From a virus (taxonomy: Duplodnaviria; Caudoviricetes): a DNA stretch of 64,000 bases. The stretch is from positions 4,567 to 68,566 of IMG/VR virus record IMGVR_UViG_3300037478_000283. One strand, written 5' to 3'. This document shows, in pieces, positions 38,615 through 47,660 of the stretch. The notes below the pieces were generated by a model. It was given only the letters and a program-made list of their open reading frames with translations. It did not search any database and was not told where the DNA came from. The position numbers and the translations under genes were made by a program. The stretch's first letter is position 1. The number at the start of each line of letters is the position of its first letter.

Positions 38615-39171
38615 TGGCACTCCTCGGCGTATTCATCGACAAGCGACCCAGGATCGGGTTTCTGCAGATCGACGCCTCGGTGTCCGAGGGTCACCAGGAC
38701 GACGGCGACCTGACCGAGAACCCGGTCGAGCTCGGCGCCGACATGAGCGACCACTACGTCGATCAGCCGCGCGTGCTCACCATGGAGGGGCTCGTGTCGG
38801 CCAACTTCCGCTGGCTCGATGCACGTTCTCCATTCGACGTTACCGTCAACCGCCACCTGAAGGCGTGGCAGATCCTGACCGAACTCAAGCGATCGCATAT
38901 TCCGTTCACCGTCGTAACGAGTCTGCAGACCTACCAGAACATGATGTTCACCAGTCTGTCAGCGGTCCGCGACAGCCAGAACTCGAACGTGCTTCGGTTC
39001 AACGCGACGATGCGCGAGGTGCAGTTCGCCTTTACCTCGGAGCTGCTTGAGCCATTCGAGTCGACGGACGAGTTCTCAGATCTCGGTGACTCTGCCAACG
39101 ATGCCGGCACGCAGGGGACCAAGGAAGCCACGAGCTCGGTAGCCGAATCAGCACTGGAGGCCGTCGGGTGA
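38614..39171 (+). CDS. baseplate/tail tube initiator protein
   Basis: DASVSEGH...TENPVELGADMSDH...P..LTMEG...VVTSLQTYQNM. Confidence 0.85.
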   Translation: MALLGVFIDKRPRIGFLQIDASVSEGHQDDGDLTENPVELGADMSDHYVDQPRVLTMEGLVSANFRWLDARSPFDVTVNRHLKAWQILTELKRSHIPFTVVTSLQTYQNMMFTSLSAVRDSQNSNVLRFNATMREVQFAFTSELLEPFESTDEFSDLGDSANDAGTQGTKEATSSVAESALEAVG

Positions 39172-39503
39172 TCGAGGTCATTCCGCTCGACTCCACGGCG
39201 CCCGAGTATCGCGTGCGCGTGCGACTCGATGGATCGTTCTACTTTCTCACAGCGAAGTGGAACACGCGTCGACTCTGGTGGACGATCGACATGCTCGACT
39301 CGAATGGAGACGCGCTCGTTCGCGGTCTCCGTGTCTGCACCGGATACGACCTACTCCGGGCGCACAAGCTGGTCGGGTTCCCGCCGGGCGCCCTGGTAGC
39401 GATCGATACCAGGCGGACCAAGACCGATCCGAGCCGCGACGATCTCGGCCTACGGGTCGTGCTCTGCTACATCCCCGCTGCTGATATGCAGGAGGCCGCA
39501 TGA
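39168..39503 (+). CDS. baseplate plug-like protein
   Basis: YRVRVRLDG...WN...WTIDM...G..LV.G. Confidence 0.8.
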   Translation: MIEVIPLDSTAPEYRVRVRLDGSFYFLTAKWNTRRLWWTIDMLDSNGDALVRGLRVCTGYDLLRAHKLVGFPPGALVAIDTRRTKTDPSRDDLGLRVVLCYIPAADMQEAA

Positions 39504-40483
39504 CCGCCCTTTTCGGACGCGTCGCCCGGCTCGAGGTGATCAACGCCAGGCACACCACGATCGTCGATGCCGACCGGCCTCATGGACTGCGGATCGACTT
39601 CGATATCCTGAAGAGCCTGAAGCCCGAGGCGAATACGGGGATCGTCGTTGTCTGGAACCTGGCGCCACGCACCCGCGAGAAGATCTCGGCGGTCGTTCGC
39701 CGGATCGTCGAGTTCACGGAGGCGGAGCAACAGATCCTTCGGCAACGAGGTGCATCACCAGAGCCCCTGGCGACCTACTACGACAACCTCGGGATCGCCG
39801 GGATGCGTTTCTCCGTCGGCTACGCCCCGCCTCCCGGCGTGCCCAGAACGCTCGGCTCACTGCTCGAAGGGTCATCGGAGCGGATCACCCACACGCGTGA
39901 CGGTCGAGACTGGCGGACCGAGATCGCGCTGGGCGATGCCGAGGCCGTCCTGCGCGAAGCGATGCTATTCAAGTCGTTCCAGAAGGGAACGCCGGTCATC
40001 GACGTGATCGCCGAACTCGTGCGGGCTCTGGGCTCCAATCTGGGCCCAGCGCAGCGCGCCCTGCTGAGCTCGAAGATCGAGGGTAATCAGGGGACCGTGC
40101 TGCACTTCGGGCACGCGTTCTCTGGTAACGCCTACGTGTACATGCAGCAGTTCATGAAGCTGCTCGACGTACAGTGGTCGCTACAGGAGGGCGAATTCGT
40201 CGTGCTCAGCAACGACCCCGGGGAGCTATACACGATCCCTGATCCTCCACTCGTGGTCTCCAGCGTGAGCGGCATGATCGGTGCGCCGCGCCGACTCGAG
40301 GATGATGGCGTCGAGGTCGTGATGCTCTGCAACTCCAACGCGAAGCCGGGCCGCAAGCTTCACTTGATGTCCGAGACGATTACCGGCCTATATCGAATCG
40401 AGCAGGTCCGCCACACCGGGTCGACCCGGAGCGGACCATGGCAGTCTACGTGCGAGCTGCAGCGGATCGGCGTGATCGAATGA
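39500..40483 (+). CDS. baseplate hub protein
   Basis: LRIDFDI...VVWNLAPRT...SVGY...DWRTEI...WSLQEG...GMIGAP...YRIEQVRHTG. Confidence 0.85.
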   Translation: MTALFGRVARLEVINARHTTIVDADRPHGLRIDFDILKSLKPEANTGIVVVWNLAPRTREKISAVVRRIVEFTEAEQQILRQRGASPEPLATYYDNLGIAGMRFSVGYAPPPGVPRTLGSLLEGSSERITHTRDGRDWRTEIALGDAEAVLREAMLFKSFQKGTPVIDVIAELVRALGSNLGPAQRALLSSKIEGNQGTVLHFGHAFSGNAYVYMQQFMKLLDVQWSLQEGEFVVLSNDPGELYTIPDPPLVVSSVSGMIGAPRRLEDDGVEVVMLCNSNAKPGRKLHLMSETITGLYRIEQVRHTGSTRSGPWQSTCELQRIGVIE

Positions 40484-41148
40484 CGGATCGGGCTCCATCG
40501 ATCGAGGAGACCATGGAGACCGTACAGGGGCATCTCCAATCACGCATGCGGACGATCGTGCCCGCCAGGATCGTCAGCTTCACTCCACGCAACGGGACCG
40601 TTGGTGCCTACGCTGCTGTGCAACCCCAGATCAAGATCCGGACCAAACGACGCTCCACGCTACCAGCCCAGATCCCCGCTGCTCCCGTGATCTTCCCAAC
40701 CGGCGGGGGTTGGGAGATCAGCTGGCCTCTCGTCGCCGGTGACACCGTGGCGCTCATTATCGCCGATAGGGAGATCGGTCGCTGGCGCCTAGCCAACAAG
40801 CCGGTCGACCCACAGGACGCCCGCATGCACGACCTCAGCGATGCGATCGTGTTGCCCGGCCTGAACACGGAGCGGATGACGCTCACGGTTCCGACCGGGA
40901 ACCTCACGATCCAGCGGCTCGACGGCAGCGTGAAGATCGAGCTCAGCCCGGCAAAGGTCCTGATCGATGGTCCAGCGGTCGAGATCGGTGCCGCCGCTGC
41001 CCAATCCGTCATTCTCGGTGATGCCTTCGCGGCGTTTTTCGATGCGCATACCCACCCAACTCCAGCCGGACTGAGCAGTGCACCGTCGGTGCCGATGTCG
41101 ACTTTCGTACCATCCCTCCTATCCTCGAAGGTGAAGGTGGCGTCATGA
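40480..41148 (+). CDS. baseplate spike (Gp138-like)
   Basis: MRTIVPARIVSF...VQP...PVIFP.GGG...PLVAGD...RMHDLSDAIVLPG; C-terminal HTH metal site. Confidence 0.88.
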   Translation: MTDRAPSIEETMETVQGHLQSRMRTIVPARIVSFTPRNGTVGAYAAVQPQIKIRTKRRSTLPAQIPAAPVIFPTGGGWEISWPLVAGDTVALIIADREIGRWRLANKPVDPQDARMHDLSDAIVLPGLNTERMTLTVPTGNLTIQRLDGSVKIELSPAKVLIDGPAVEIGAAAAQSVILGDAFAAFFDAHTHPTPAGLSSAPSVPMSTFVPSLLSSKVKVAS

Positions 41149-41519
41149 CCTGCCTGAAGCTCGACCCCGTGACATGGGATCTTGTCGTCGAAAACGGCTC
41201 GTTCGCCGAGGTCGACGGCATCGAGGAGATCCGGCAGACGTGTCGACTACGGCTCATGCGGTTCCGTGGTGAGGTGCCGCGCAATGCCGATGCTGGCATG
41301 CCGTACCTCGAGGAGATCTTCGCCAAGGGTACATCGCCGCAACGGCTCGAGTTCATCTACCGACAAGAGATCCTCGGGACACCCGGCATCATCGAGATCA
41401 CCGAAGGGCCCGATCTCGAGTTCAACGAGGAGACCCGGCACCTGTCGATCAGCTTCCGTGCCGCCACCGACTTTGGCGATCTCGTCGAACGAGGATTCAA
41501 CCTAGGGAGGGCAGCATAA
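41145..41519 (+). CDS. baseplate wedge (gp25/DUF2634-like)
   Basis: WDLVVENG...IRQTCRLRL..FRGE......GMPYLEEI. Confidence 0.85.
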   Translation: MTCLKLDPVTWDLVVENGSFAEVDGIEEIRQTCRLRLMRFRGEVPRNADAGMPYLEEIFAKGTSPQRLEFIYRQEILGTPGIIEITEGPDLEFNEETRHLSISFRAATDFGDLVERGFNLGRAA

Positions 41520-41524
41520 TGGCC

Positions 41525-42190
41525 CTATTCAAGCCACGTCCACGTGACCCGTCGACGGATATCGGAGATCGTGAAAGCCGATACGCCAAAATCCTCCGAG
41601 ATCTCTGCAGCTGTTCGCTTGTCACCGCGTATCGCACGGACATCGGACGGAGTCAGTTTCTTGCGCCTGTTCGCATGAATGTCGGCAGCTGTACGGCGAG
41701 TGGGAATGTGCGACCAGGAGGATCCGGACCGGATGGCACTCACATGGGTCTGCGAAAGCTCAAAGTGTCGAGCTATCTCCGTGATCGTTCCGGTGGACTG
41801 ACGGATCGCAAGAGCTATTTCCGTGGTGATCTTTCCGTTTTTGTTTCCATGGCGAATAGTATCGATTCGATTCGATCTGCGAGTATCCCATCGGAGATTT
41901 TCCAGACGACAGTCCGAACGGATTCCGTTTTCATGACACGCCTCCATCCCGGGTGGGCATGGACCTCGGAAAGTCTGCAAGACCAAACGATGCACAAGCC
42001 CCTGCTTGCCGCCCGTCAAGCTGACCACGTGGTATCCGTTGGTCAAGGGCGAGCACCGCAGCGCACGAGGGGTTGTCATCCTTCTACCTCTGGTATTCGT
42101 CCACGATCGCACGCGTCCGAGATCGCTGACGTCGTAATTGGGGTGACCATCGATCGACTTCCACATTTCCATAGGATAGGATTCTAGCAT
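41525..42190 (-). CDS. NUMOD4-HNH homing endonuclease inserted antisense in the baseplate operon
   Basis: MWKSIDGHPNYDVSDLGRVRS...VHRLVL.TF.GP...ACHENG.R.D.RLENLRW plus two C-terminal HTH repeats; alternative start 42172. Confidence 0.9.
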   Translation of the reverse strand: MLESYPMEMWKSIDGHPNYDVSDLGRVRSWTNTRGRRMTTPRALRCSPLTNGYHVVSLTGGKQGLVHRLVLQTFRGPCPPGMEACHENGIRSDCRLENLRWDTRRSNRIDTIRHGNKNGKITTEIALAIRQSTGTITEIARHFELSQTHVSAIRSGSSWSHIPTRRTAADIHANRRKKLTPSDVRAIRGDKRTAAEISEDFGVSAFTISDIRRRVTWTWLE

Positions 42191-43607
42191 GGCCGCACCA
42201 TGGGGACTATCAGATTCCGGTTACTCCAGGCCTCGCTATTCGGAGATCCGTTCCGTACTCGAACAGCGGTTCAAGGGGCGCTTCGGCGAGAACCGCAACA
42301 CCAGCGACGACACGCCCGACGGGCACATCATCAGTTGGGTCTCCGAGATCATGGATCTGGTCTTCCAGGCGGACGAGGGCGCCTATCTTTCCACGTTCGT
42401 GGCGAGTGCCAACGGCGCCGCTCTCCGCGAACTGGGTGTCGGGATCATCGGCGAACCCAAGAGTGCCGCTGCCAGCACGGTCGAGCTCGTGCTCTACGGC
42501 GACGACACCACTGTCGTGCCGGCGCAGAGCCAAGCGAAGATTGCGGATTCAACGGTCGTTTTCGAGACCGATGCCTCCGCCACTCTCGGTGCCACCGATC
42601 AGACTTGGGTGGTACGGATCGATACGGTTGTAGATTCTCAGCTGTATCGGATCACGGTCGACGGAGACGACTACGATTTCACCAGTGACGGCTCAGCGGC
42701 CATGCAGGAGATCGTCGATGGCCTGGTGGCTGAGCTCGACGCCGATGCCGATATCACCGCCTACAACGGAGGCGTGGACGGCAACGGGCTCGGACTGATC
42801 GTGCTCGACACGACCGCCCCGGTTGCAGCGCCAACCGTCAACGGCAACATGACGGTCAGACATGCCGCAAGGGTTGCCGCGACCGCGATCGCTACGGGGC
42901 CATTCTCGGCTCTCGCCGGATCAACCTGGTCCATCGAGACCCCAGTGAGCGGATGGATCGGCGCGGCCAACACCGATGACGCGGTGCTCGGCCAAAACGA
43001 CGAAACAGACGAGGAATACCGACAGCGTATCCGCCTTTCGACTCGTTACGGTGGGATCGCGGCAAATGTCCTGAAGGTCACAGGTGTCACGTACGCCCGC
43101 ACGTACGAAAACGACACGGATGACACCGATGCCGAGGGGCGACCGCCGCATAGCGTGGAAACCGTGGTGCTAGGCGGCGCCGATGACGATGTGGCACAGG
43201 CGATCTGGGATATGAAGGCGCAGGGCGTGCAGACAATAGGACTCGGCACACCGGACAGCGGGATAGCTATCGACGAGGCGGGCGTGAGCCGAACCGTCAA
43301 CTTCTCCCGGGCCACGGAACTCGATATCTACGTGACCGTGACCGTCACGCAGGGCGAAGACTGGCCCACGACAGGGACTCCACTTGCAGAGATCCGCGAC
43401 GCGATCGTTGATTATGTCAACGCGCTTGGCGTCGGTGGCGACGTCACGCCGGCCGGCATCTTCGCCGCAGCGGTCGGCGCTGTAACGCAGATCGCGAACC
43501 TCGCGATCCTGATCGATGACACGACTCCGCCTGTGACATCGGGAGTATTCGCGATCACGACACGACAGATCGCAACAACCGATTCGACCAAGGTGGTGGT
43601 GGCGTGA
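42189..43607 (+). CDS. baseplate J/gp47 protein with inserted module
   Basis: GAALRELG...GPFSALAG...GQNDETDEEYRQR...YEN.TD.TDAEGRPPHSVE.VV.GG. Confidence 0.92.
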   Translation: MAAPWGLSDSGYSRPRYSEIRSVLEQRFKGRFGENRNTSDDTPDGHIISWVSEIMDLVFQADEGAYLSTFVASANGAALRELGVGIIGEPKSAAASTVELVLYGDDTTVVPAQSQAKIADSTVVFETDASATLGATDQTWVVRIDTVVDSQLYRITVDGDDYDFTSDGSAAMQEIVDGLVAELDADADITAYNGGVDGNGLGLIVLDTTAPVAAPTVNGNMTVRHAARVAATAIATGPFSALAGSTWSIETPVSGWIGAANTDDAVLGQNDETDEEYRQRIRLSTRYGGIAANVLKVTGVTYARTYENDTDDTDAEGRPPHSVETVVLGGADDDVAQAIWDMKAQGVQTIGLGTPDSGIAIDEAGVSRTVNFSRATELDIYVTVTVTQGEDWPTTGTPLAEIRDAIVDYVNALGVGGDVTPAGIFAAAVGAVTQIANLAILIDDTTPPVTSGVFAITTRQIATTDSTKVVVA

Positions 43608-44197
43608 GCCACGGGACACTACACGGGCTGATTCACGGCACCGGTGCCGATCTGGTCATTGACCAGGTTCAAAAGGCGCTCGACCGGCTCTATGTGCAGC
43701 TCGAGGGTTCTCCGAAGATCGAAGGTCTGGCGGAGTGGATCGGGGAACAGCTGCAGCATGTTGAAGAGATTGTCCACGACACGGCATGGTTCCGGTTCAC
43801 ACGACAGGCACACGGGGAACAGCTCGATCGCCTACTTGATAACTATTCCGAGAAACGTGCCGGCATGAGCGATGCGGATGCCGAGGCAATGCTGCTCGTG
43901 CTGAACCCTGCACTGTTTCAGTTCAGAAGCGCGATGCGAATGATCGCTATTCTCGTGGTGCTCACGAATGGTACCGGATCCACGTTTGGCTACGACGAGG
44001 ATTACCCGCTAGCATTCGTGGTGACCCTGCACGATGTCACGACGGCCCGCGGCGCACACTGGAATCGCGTGCTGCGAAAGGCCAAGGCTGAGGGCGTGAG
44101 GATGGATACCGTCGTGGCAGAGGATTTAGCCAACGCGTTTCAGTTCGACATCGGTCCAGGCTTCGATCAAGGCAAGTTCGCCTACGTACTCGAGTGA
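43604..44197 (+). CDS. baseplate wedge (DUF2612-like)
   Basis: SPKIEGL...AHGEQLDRL...FQFDIGPGFDQGKF. Confidence 0.8.
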   Translation: MSHGTLHGLIHGTGADLVIDQVQKALDRLYVQLEGSPKIEGLAEWIGEQLQHVEEIVHDTAWFRFTRQAHGEQLDRLLDNYSEKRAGMSDADAEAMLLVLNPALFQFRSAMRMIAILVVLTNGTGSTFGYDEDYPLAFVVTLHDVTTARGAHWNRVLRKAKAEGVRMDTVVAEDLANAFQFDIGPGFDQGKFAYVLE

Positions 44198-44204
44198 GGG
44201 CAAC

Positions 44205-45197
44205 ATGGCACGTCCCGACAAACTACCATTTTGGAACACTGGCGGTGCGAACCGAACGGAGCCCAGCGACGGCAAGAAGTCCGAAGGCTGGACTCTCAAC
44301 GAGATCCCGCCGGCCAGCTGGTTCAACTATTGGCAGAACAAGGTCCGTGAGTGGATCCAGCACCTAGATGGGACGTTGCCTATGGCCGGCGATGGGACCG
44401 ACGGCGACGTTACGATCGCTGGTACCGTAACGCTCACGCGTGACATGTACTATCTGACGCTGACCGTGCCGAACACCGCGATCCTCGACACCGCCGGTTT
44501 TCGCGTGTTCGCGAGCCAAAGCATCACAGTCGAGACCGGTGGGATCATTCGCCGCAACGGCAACGCGGCGAGCGGTGTGACTGGCGGTTCGATCCATGAC
44601 GCAACGATCGCGAGCCTGGCTGGTGGGTTGAACGGTGGCGCTGGAGGATCGGGTGCTGCCGCGCCAGGAGTCGCTGGTGCCTCGGCGACAAACGGACTCG
44701 GTGGAGGTGGAGGGAAAGGAGGCGATATCACGGGCTTGTACTCTGGCGGTGCCGCCGGGAGCGCGAACGCCCCCGCAGCGAACAAGGGCGGCTTTCGTCA
44801 CCAGCCGTGGCTCGGCTATCTGCTCTGTCCGAACGCGTCGAGTAGCCTAGAGTTCCTCCGCGGCGGAGCCGGCGGTGGTGGAGGTGCCTGCAACACTGCT
44901 GGTCAGGACGGTGGAGGCGGTGGAGGTGGTGGTGGTGTCGTGATTCTGTGCTCGCCATCGATCACCGTTGCGGGCCAAGTCCAAGCACGCGGAGGGGTCG
45001 GCGCTGATGCATCAGGCGGAGAGGCTTCCGGCGGTGGCGGTGGCGGCGGTGGCCTGATCATCGCGGTCGGTCGGAACATTGACACGACGGCTGGACTGAT
45101 CGATACGACTGGCGGATCCGGAGGTGACCGATCCGGGACGACGAGCGAGGATGGCGTTGCGGGCTCGACCGGGACATACATCCCGTTCACGGTGTGA
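44205..45197 (+). CDS. tail fibre protein, Gly-rich
   Basis: EPSDGKKSEGW....IPPASWFNYW N-terminal attachment motif; GGGGG-rich body. Confidence 0.85.
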   Translation: MARPDKLPFWNTGGANRTEPSDGKKSEGWTLNEIPPASWFNYWQNKVREWIQHLDGTLPMAGDGTDGDVTIAGTVTLTRDMYYLTLTVPNTAILDTAGFRVFASQSITVETGGIIRRNGNAASGVTGGSIHDATIASLAGGLNGGAGGSGAAAPGVAGASATNGLGGGGGKGGDITGLYSGGAAGSANAPAANKGGFRHQPWLGYLLCPNASSSLEFLRGGAGGGGGACNTAGQDGGGGGGGGGVVILCSPSITVAGQVQARGGVGADASGGEASGGGGGGGGLIIAVGRNIDTTAGLIDTTGGSGGDRSGTTSEDGVAGSTGTYIPFTV

Positions 45198-45205
45198 CCA
45201 TGAGC

Positions 45206-45493
45206 CTATAGATCGCAACCTGACGACGGATCGAGGCACACTCCGCCGAGCGTACAATCGACGTCGTGTTCGCAAGGTTGGCGACATTCGGATCGTGTCG
45301 GCGATATAAGCACGCACACCCTTGTCGGCTCCGGGCATCCAATCGGGAAGCCATCGGGGCACGGGCAGACTTCTCGATTTGCGTCGCACTCGGCATCGCC
45401 AGTAGATCCGTCGTCTACCGATCGATCATCGTCAGCAATGGGTACGGGTCCGCATCCCGCCAAGATCACCAGAATCGCAATGCGTCGCATCAC
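45206..45493 (-). CDS. Cys-rich lipoprotein
   Basis: RRIAILVILAGC lipobox; CRQPCEHDVDC..GGVC motif. Confidence 0.75.
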   Translation of the reverse strand: MMRRIAILVILAGCGPVPIADDDRSVDDGSTGDAECDANREVCPCPDGFPIGCPEPTRVCVLISPTRSECRQPCEHDVDCTLGGVCLDPSSGCDL

Positions 45494-45756
45494 GCAGCGC
45501 CTTTCTGGATAATGGCGAGTTCCTGCTGGCGACGCTTGGCGGCTGCGAGCTCACGTTCAGAATCCGTGAGTGTGCCCATGGTCTCGAAGCTACGGGCGAT
45601 CACGTACGGGACGATCGCTGCTGCTGCTGCGAAGGCTGCGGCCGCTGCCTGTTGCGGCGCGCTGTCCGATGCCGCCCACATGGCAGCCCCGAACAGACCA
45701 CCACCGACGGCACACAGCGCGGATAATGATGCGAGTACTCGTGCGACTTGAATCAT
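45490..45756 (-). CDS. two-TM membrane protein
   Basis: Two hydrophobic helices around SAPQQAAAAA; GGAGG RBS. Confidence 0.7.
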   Translation of the reverse strand: MIQVARVLASLSALCAVGGGLFGAAMWAASDSAPQQAAAAAFAAAAAIVPYVIARSFETMGTLTDSERELAAAKRRQQELAIIQKGAA

Positions 45757-45947
45757 GTTTCGATCCTCCCGTTTGGCGCGGGTTTGAGAGTTGCGGGTGC
45801 GGCAGGGCGCCAACCCTGACGCGTCCACCGGGCCCCGGCTTTTGCCCGGCAGTCCGGGCCGGGGGAGGATCACCCTCGACCCGACACGATCACAATGATC
45901 AGGATAGGTAGCGCGCGCAACGCTGGACGTTCGGGCAGGTGGGAGGT

Positions 45948-46118
45948 CTACGCCGCCCGGTCCCGCTCGACCGCCTCGGTCTCAAGCAGATCCCGCTCCG
46001 CTGCCCAGGCCACCCCGTGCAGGGTCCGGGGCTGGTCCTGGAGCGTGCGTCCGTCCGGAGCGGAGATCGTCCAGCGGCCCACCTTGGGGCTCCAGACGGC
46101 TCGGTATCCGGTCGACAT
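45948..46118 (-). CDS. hypothetical protein
   Basis: MSTGYRAVWSPKVGRWTISAPDG... Confidence 0.45.
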   Translation of the reverse strand: MSTGYRAVWSPKVGRWTISAPDGRTLQDQPRTLHGVAWAAERDLLETEAVERDRAA

Positions 46119-46180
46119 GAGACACTCGCACATAGCGCAAGTGTGCACCTGCGCGCGGTTCTGTCAAGCGCGTCTCGCAC

Positions 46181-46981
46181 CTACCCGGCCCGCGAGCCTG
46201 GGCGAGTCAGCTCCGACAGCTGTCGCCGTGTGAGCCCGAGTGTGCGTGCCACGTCAGCGTGTGCCCTGCCCTCCTCGAGCATGTGTAGCGCGAGTCGTCG
46301 CCGGGCCACCGCGATGGCACGTGTGATCGCGACGTCGGCTCGCCTCGCTCGGTTGCCGCGGTGCAGCCCAAGCTCTCGGAGATATCGCCGAGCGGTCCGC
46401 CAGTCCACGCCGATCTCCTGGGCAGCCTGCTGCGGCTCCACGCCGGCCGTGACCATCGCCGCGAGCTCAGCCTGCCTGCCGAGTCGTGCCCGAGTACGCT
46501 CCGTCGGCACATCGGTCGCCTGCAGCTCACGGCGCACGGTACCGGGGTGGATCCCGAGCTCGCGTGCAAGGTCGGCGGTCGAGGTGACCCCCTCGGCGAC
46601 GAGCCGGCGGAGGTCGTCTCGCCACTGCTCGTGCCGCTGCCCGGTCTCGAGGTCTCGTGGCAGCGGAAGGTCGGCGACGGCTCGACGCACAGTCGACACT
46701 GAACACCCGAGCTCAGCCGCGATCTGATCCAGCGTGAGCCCGTCGCGGCGTAACTGACGAGATCGCTCGGTTCGGTGGTCGCGGGGCCCGGTGGCGGACT
46801 TGCTGCGTTTGCGCTCGGCGGCCCTAAGCGCGCCGATGCCTCGCAGCTCTTGCAGTAGCCGGCGCGTGGGCTGGTAGCTCGATCCGATCGCCTCCGCGAT
46901 CCTCGTTTCGCCCCAGCCGCAGGCGTAGAGGTCGATCGCTTGAGCGATCTGTTCGCGGGTGTGTTCGGATCGCCGGGGCAT
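46181..46981 (-). CDS. protein with five tandem HTH motifs
   Basis: IAEAIGSS, IAAELGCSVSTVRR, LARELGIHPGTVRR, AAQEIGVDWRTARR, VARTLGLT. Confidence 0.85.
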   Translation of the reverse strand: MPRRSEHTREQIAQAIDLYACGWGETRIAEAIGSSYQPTRRLLQELRGIGALRAAERKRSKSATGPRDHRTERSRQLRRDGLTLDQIAAELGCSVSTVRRAVADLPLPRDLETGQRHEQWRDDLRRLVAEGVTSTADLARELGIHPGTVRRELQATDVPTERTRARLGRQAELAAMVTAGVEPQQAAQEIGVDWRTARRYLRELGLHRGNRARRADVAITRAIAVARRRLALHMLEEGRAHADVARTLGLTRRQLSELTRPGSRAG

Positions 46982-47105
46982 TAGTCGTTGCCAGATGGGT
47001 CGGACGTGTCGACGTCGCCGACGATGATCATGCCATCCTGATCCGTGAGGTAAGCGACCGATATCCAAGTCGAGATAAACCTACACCGAAGAGACGAGCA
47101 CGACG

Positions 47106-47660
47106 ATGACAGAACGATCGCCGAACGAATGGATCGAGATGCCACTTTCACAGCTCGACCCGAACCCCAAAAACCCACGAATGATCACGGGCGAAAACCT
47201 TCGCCGGCTCCGGCGGTCAGTTCGCCGATTCGACCTGGTCGAAAACCTGGTGTGGAATCGAAGAACGAAACGGCTCGTCGGCGGGCATCAACGGATGCGA
47301 GTACTACGGGCGCTCAACCGTGAAAAGGCGATGGTGTGTGTGGTCGATATTGACGAAGAGGAGGAGGCTGCACTCATGATCCAGCTCAACAATCCTCACG
47401 CTCAGGGCGAATTTTCCGAGGATCTGAAGAAACTACTCGACGATCTCCAGGACTTCGACTCGTTCGATGCGTTGGGGCTGGACCAGCTGGGCGACTTCGA
47501 CGACGACATGGATCTTGCCGGCGAAAGCGACGAATCAGAGGAGCCAGACTCCGGACTGACCTACTCCGTGATCGTGGACATGACCACCGAAGACGAGCAA
47601 GGGAAGCTTCTCCAAGAGCTCGAGGATAGGGGATATCAATGCCGCTTGCTCATCTCGTAG
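47106..47660 (+). CDS. ParB/Srx-like protein with small C-terminal ferredoxin-like domain
   Basis: LDPNPKNPR...LRRSVRRFDLVENLVWN...LVGGHQR...LNN; YSVIVD..TEDEQ..L...L..RGY.C. Confidence 0.88.
   Translation: MTERSPNEWIEMPLSQLDPNPKNPRMITGENLRRLRRSVRRFDLVENLVWNRRTKRLVGGHQRMRVLRALNREKAMVCVVDIDEEEEAALMIQLNNPHAQGEFSEDLKKLLDDLQDFDSFDALGLDQLGDFDDDMDLAGESDESEEPDSGLTYSVIVDMTTEDEQGKLLQELEDRGYQCRLLIS

Noticed and set aside
28948-45197. Diversity-generating retroelement or invertible fibre switch
   Set aside because: No reverse transcriptase, template/variable repeat pair, invertase or inverted repeats found around any fibre gene.
45760-45900. c-di-GMP-I riboswitch-like element on the minus strand (GGGCAAA-GCCGG-GGCC-CCGGT-GGACGC) upstream of the 45756 gene
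   Set aside because: Only P2 resembles the motif; the GNRA loop, the following AAAG and P3/receptor are missing. More likely GC-rich hairpins or a terminator; cmscan would settle it.
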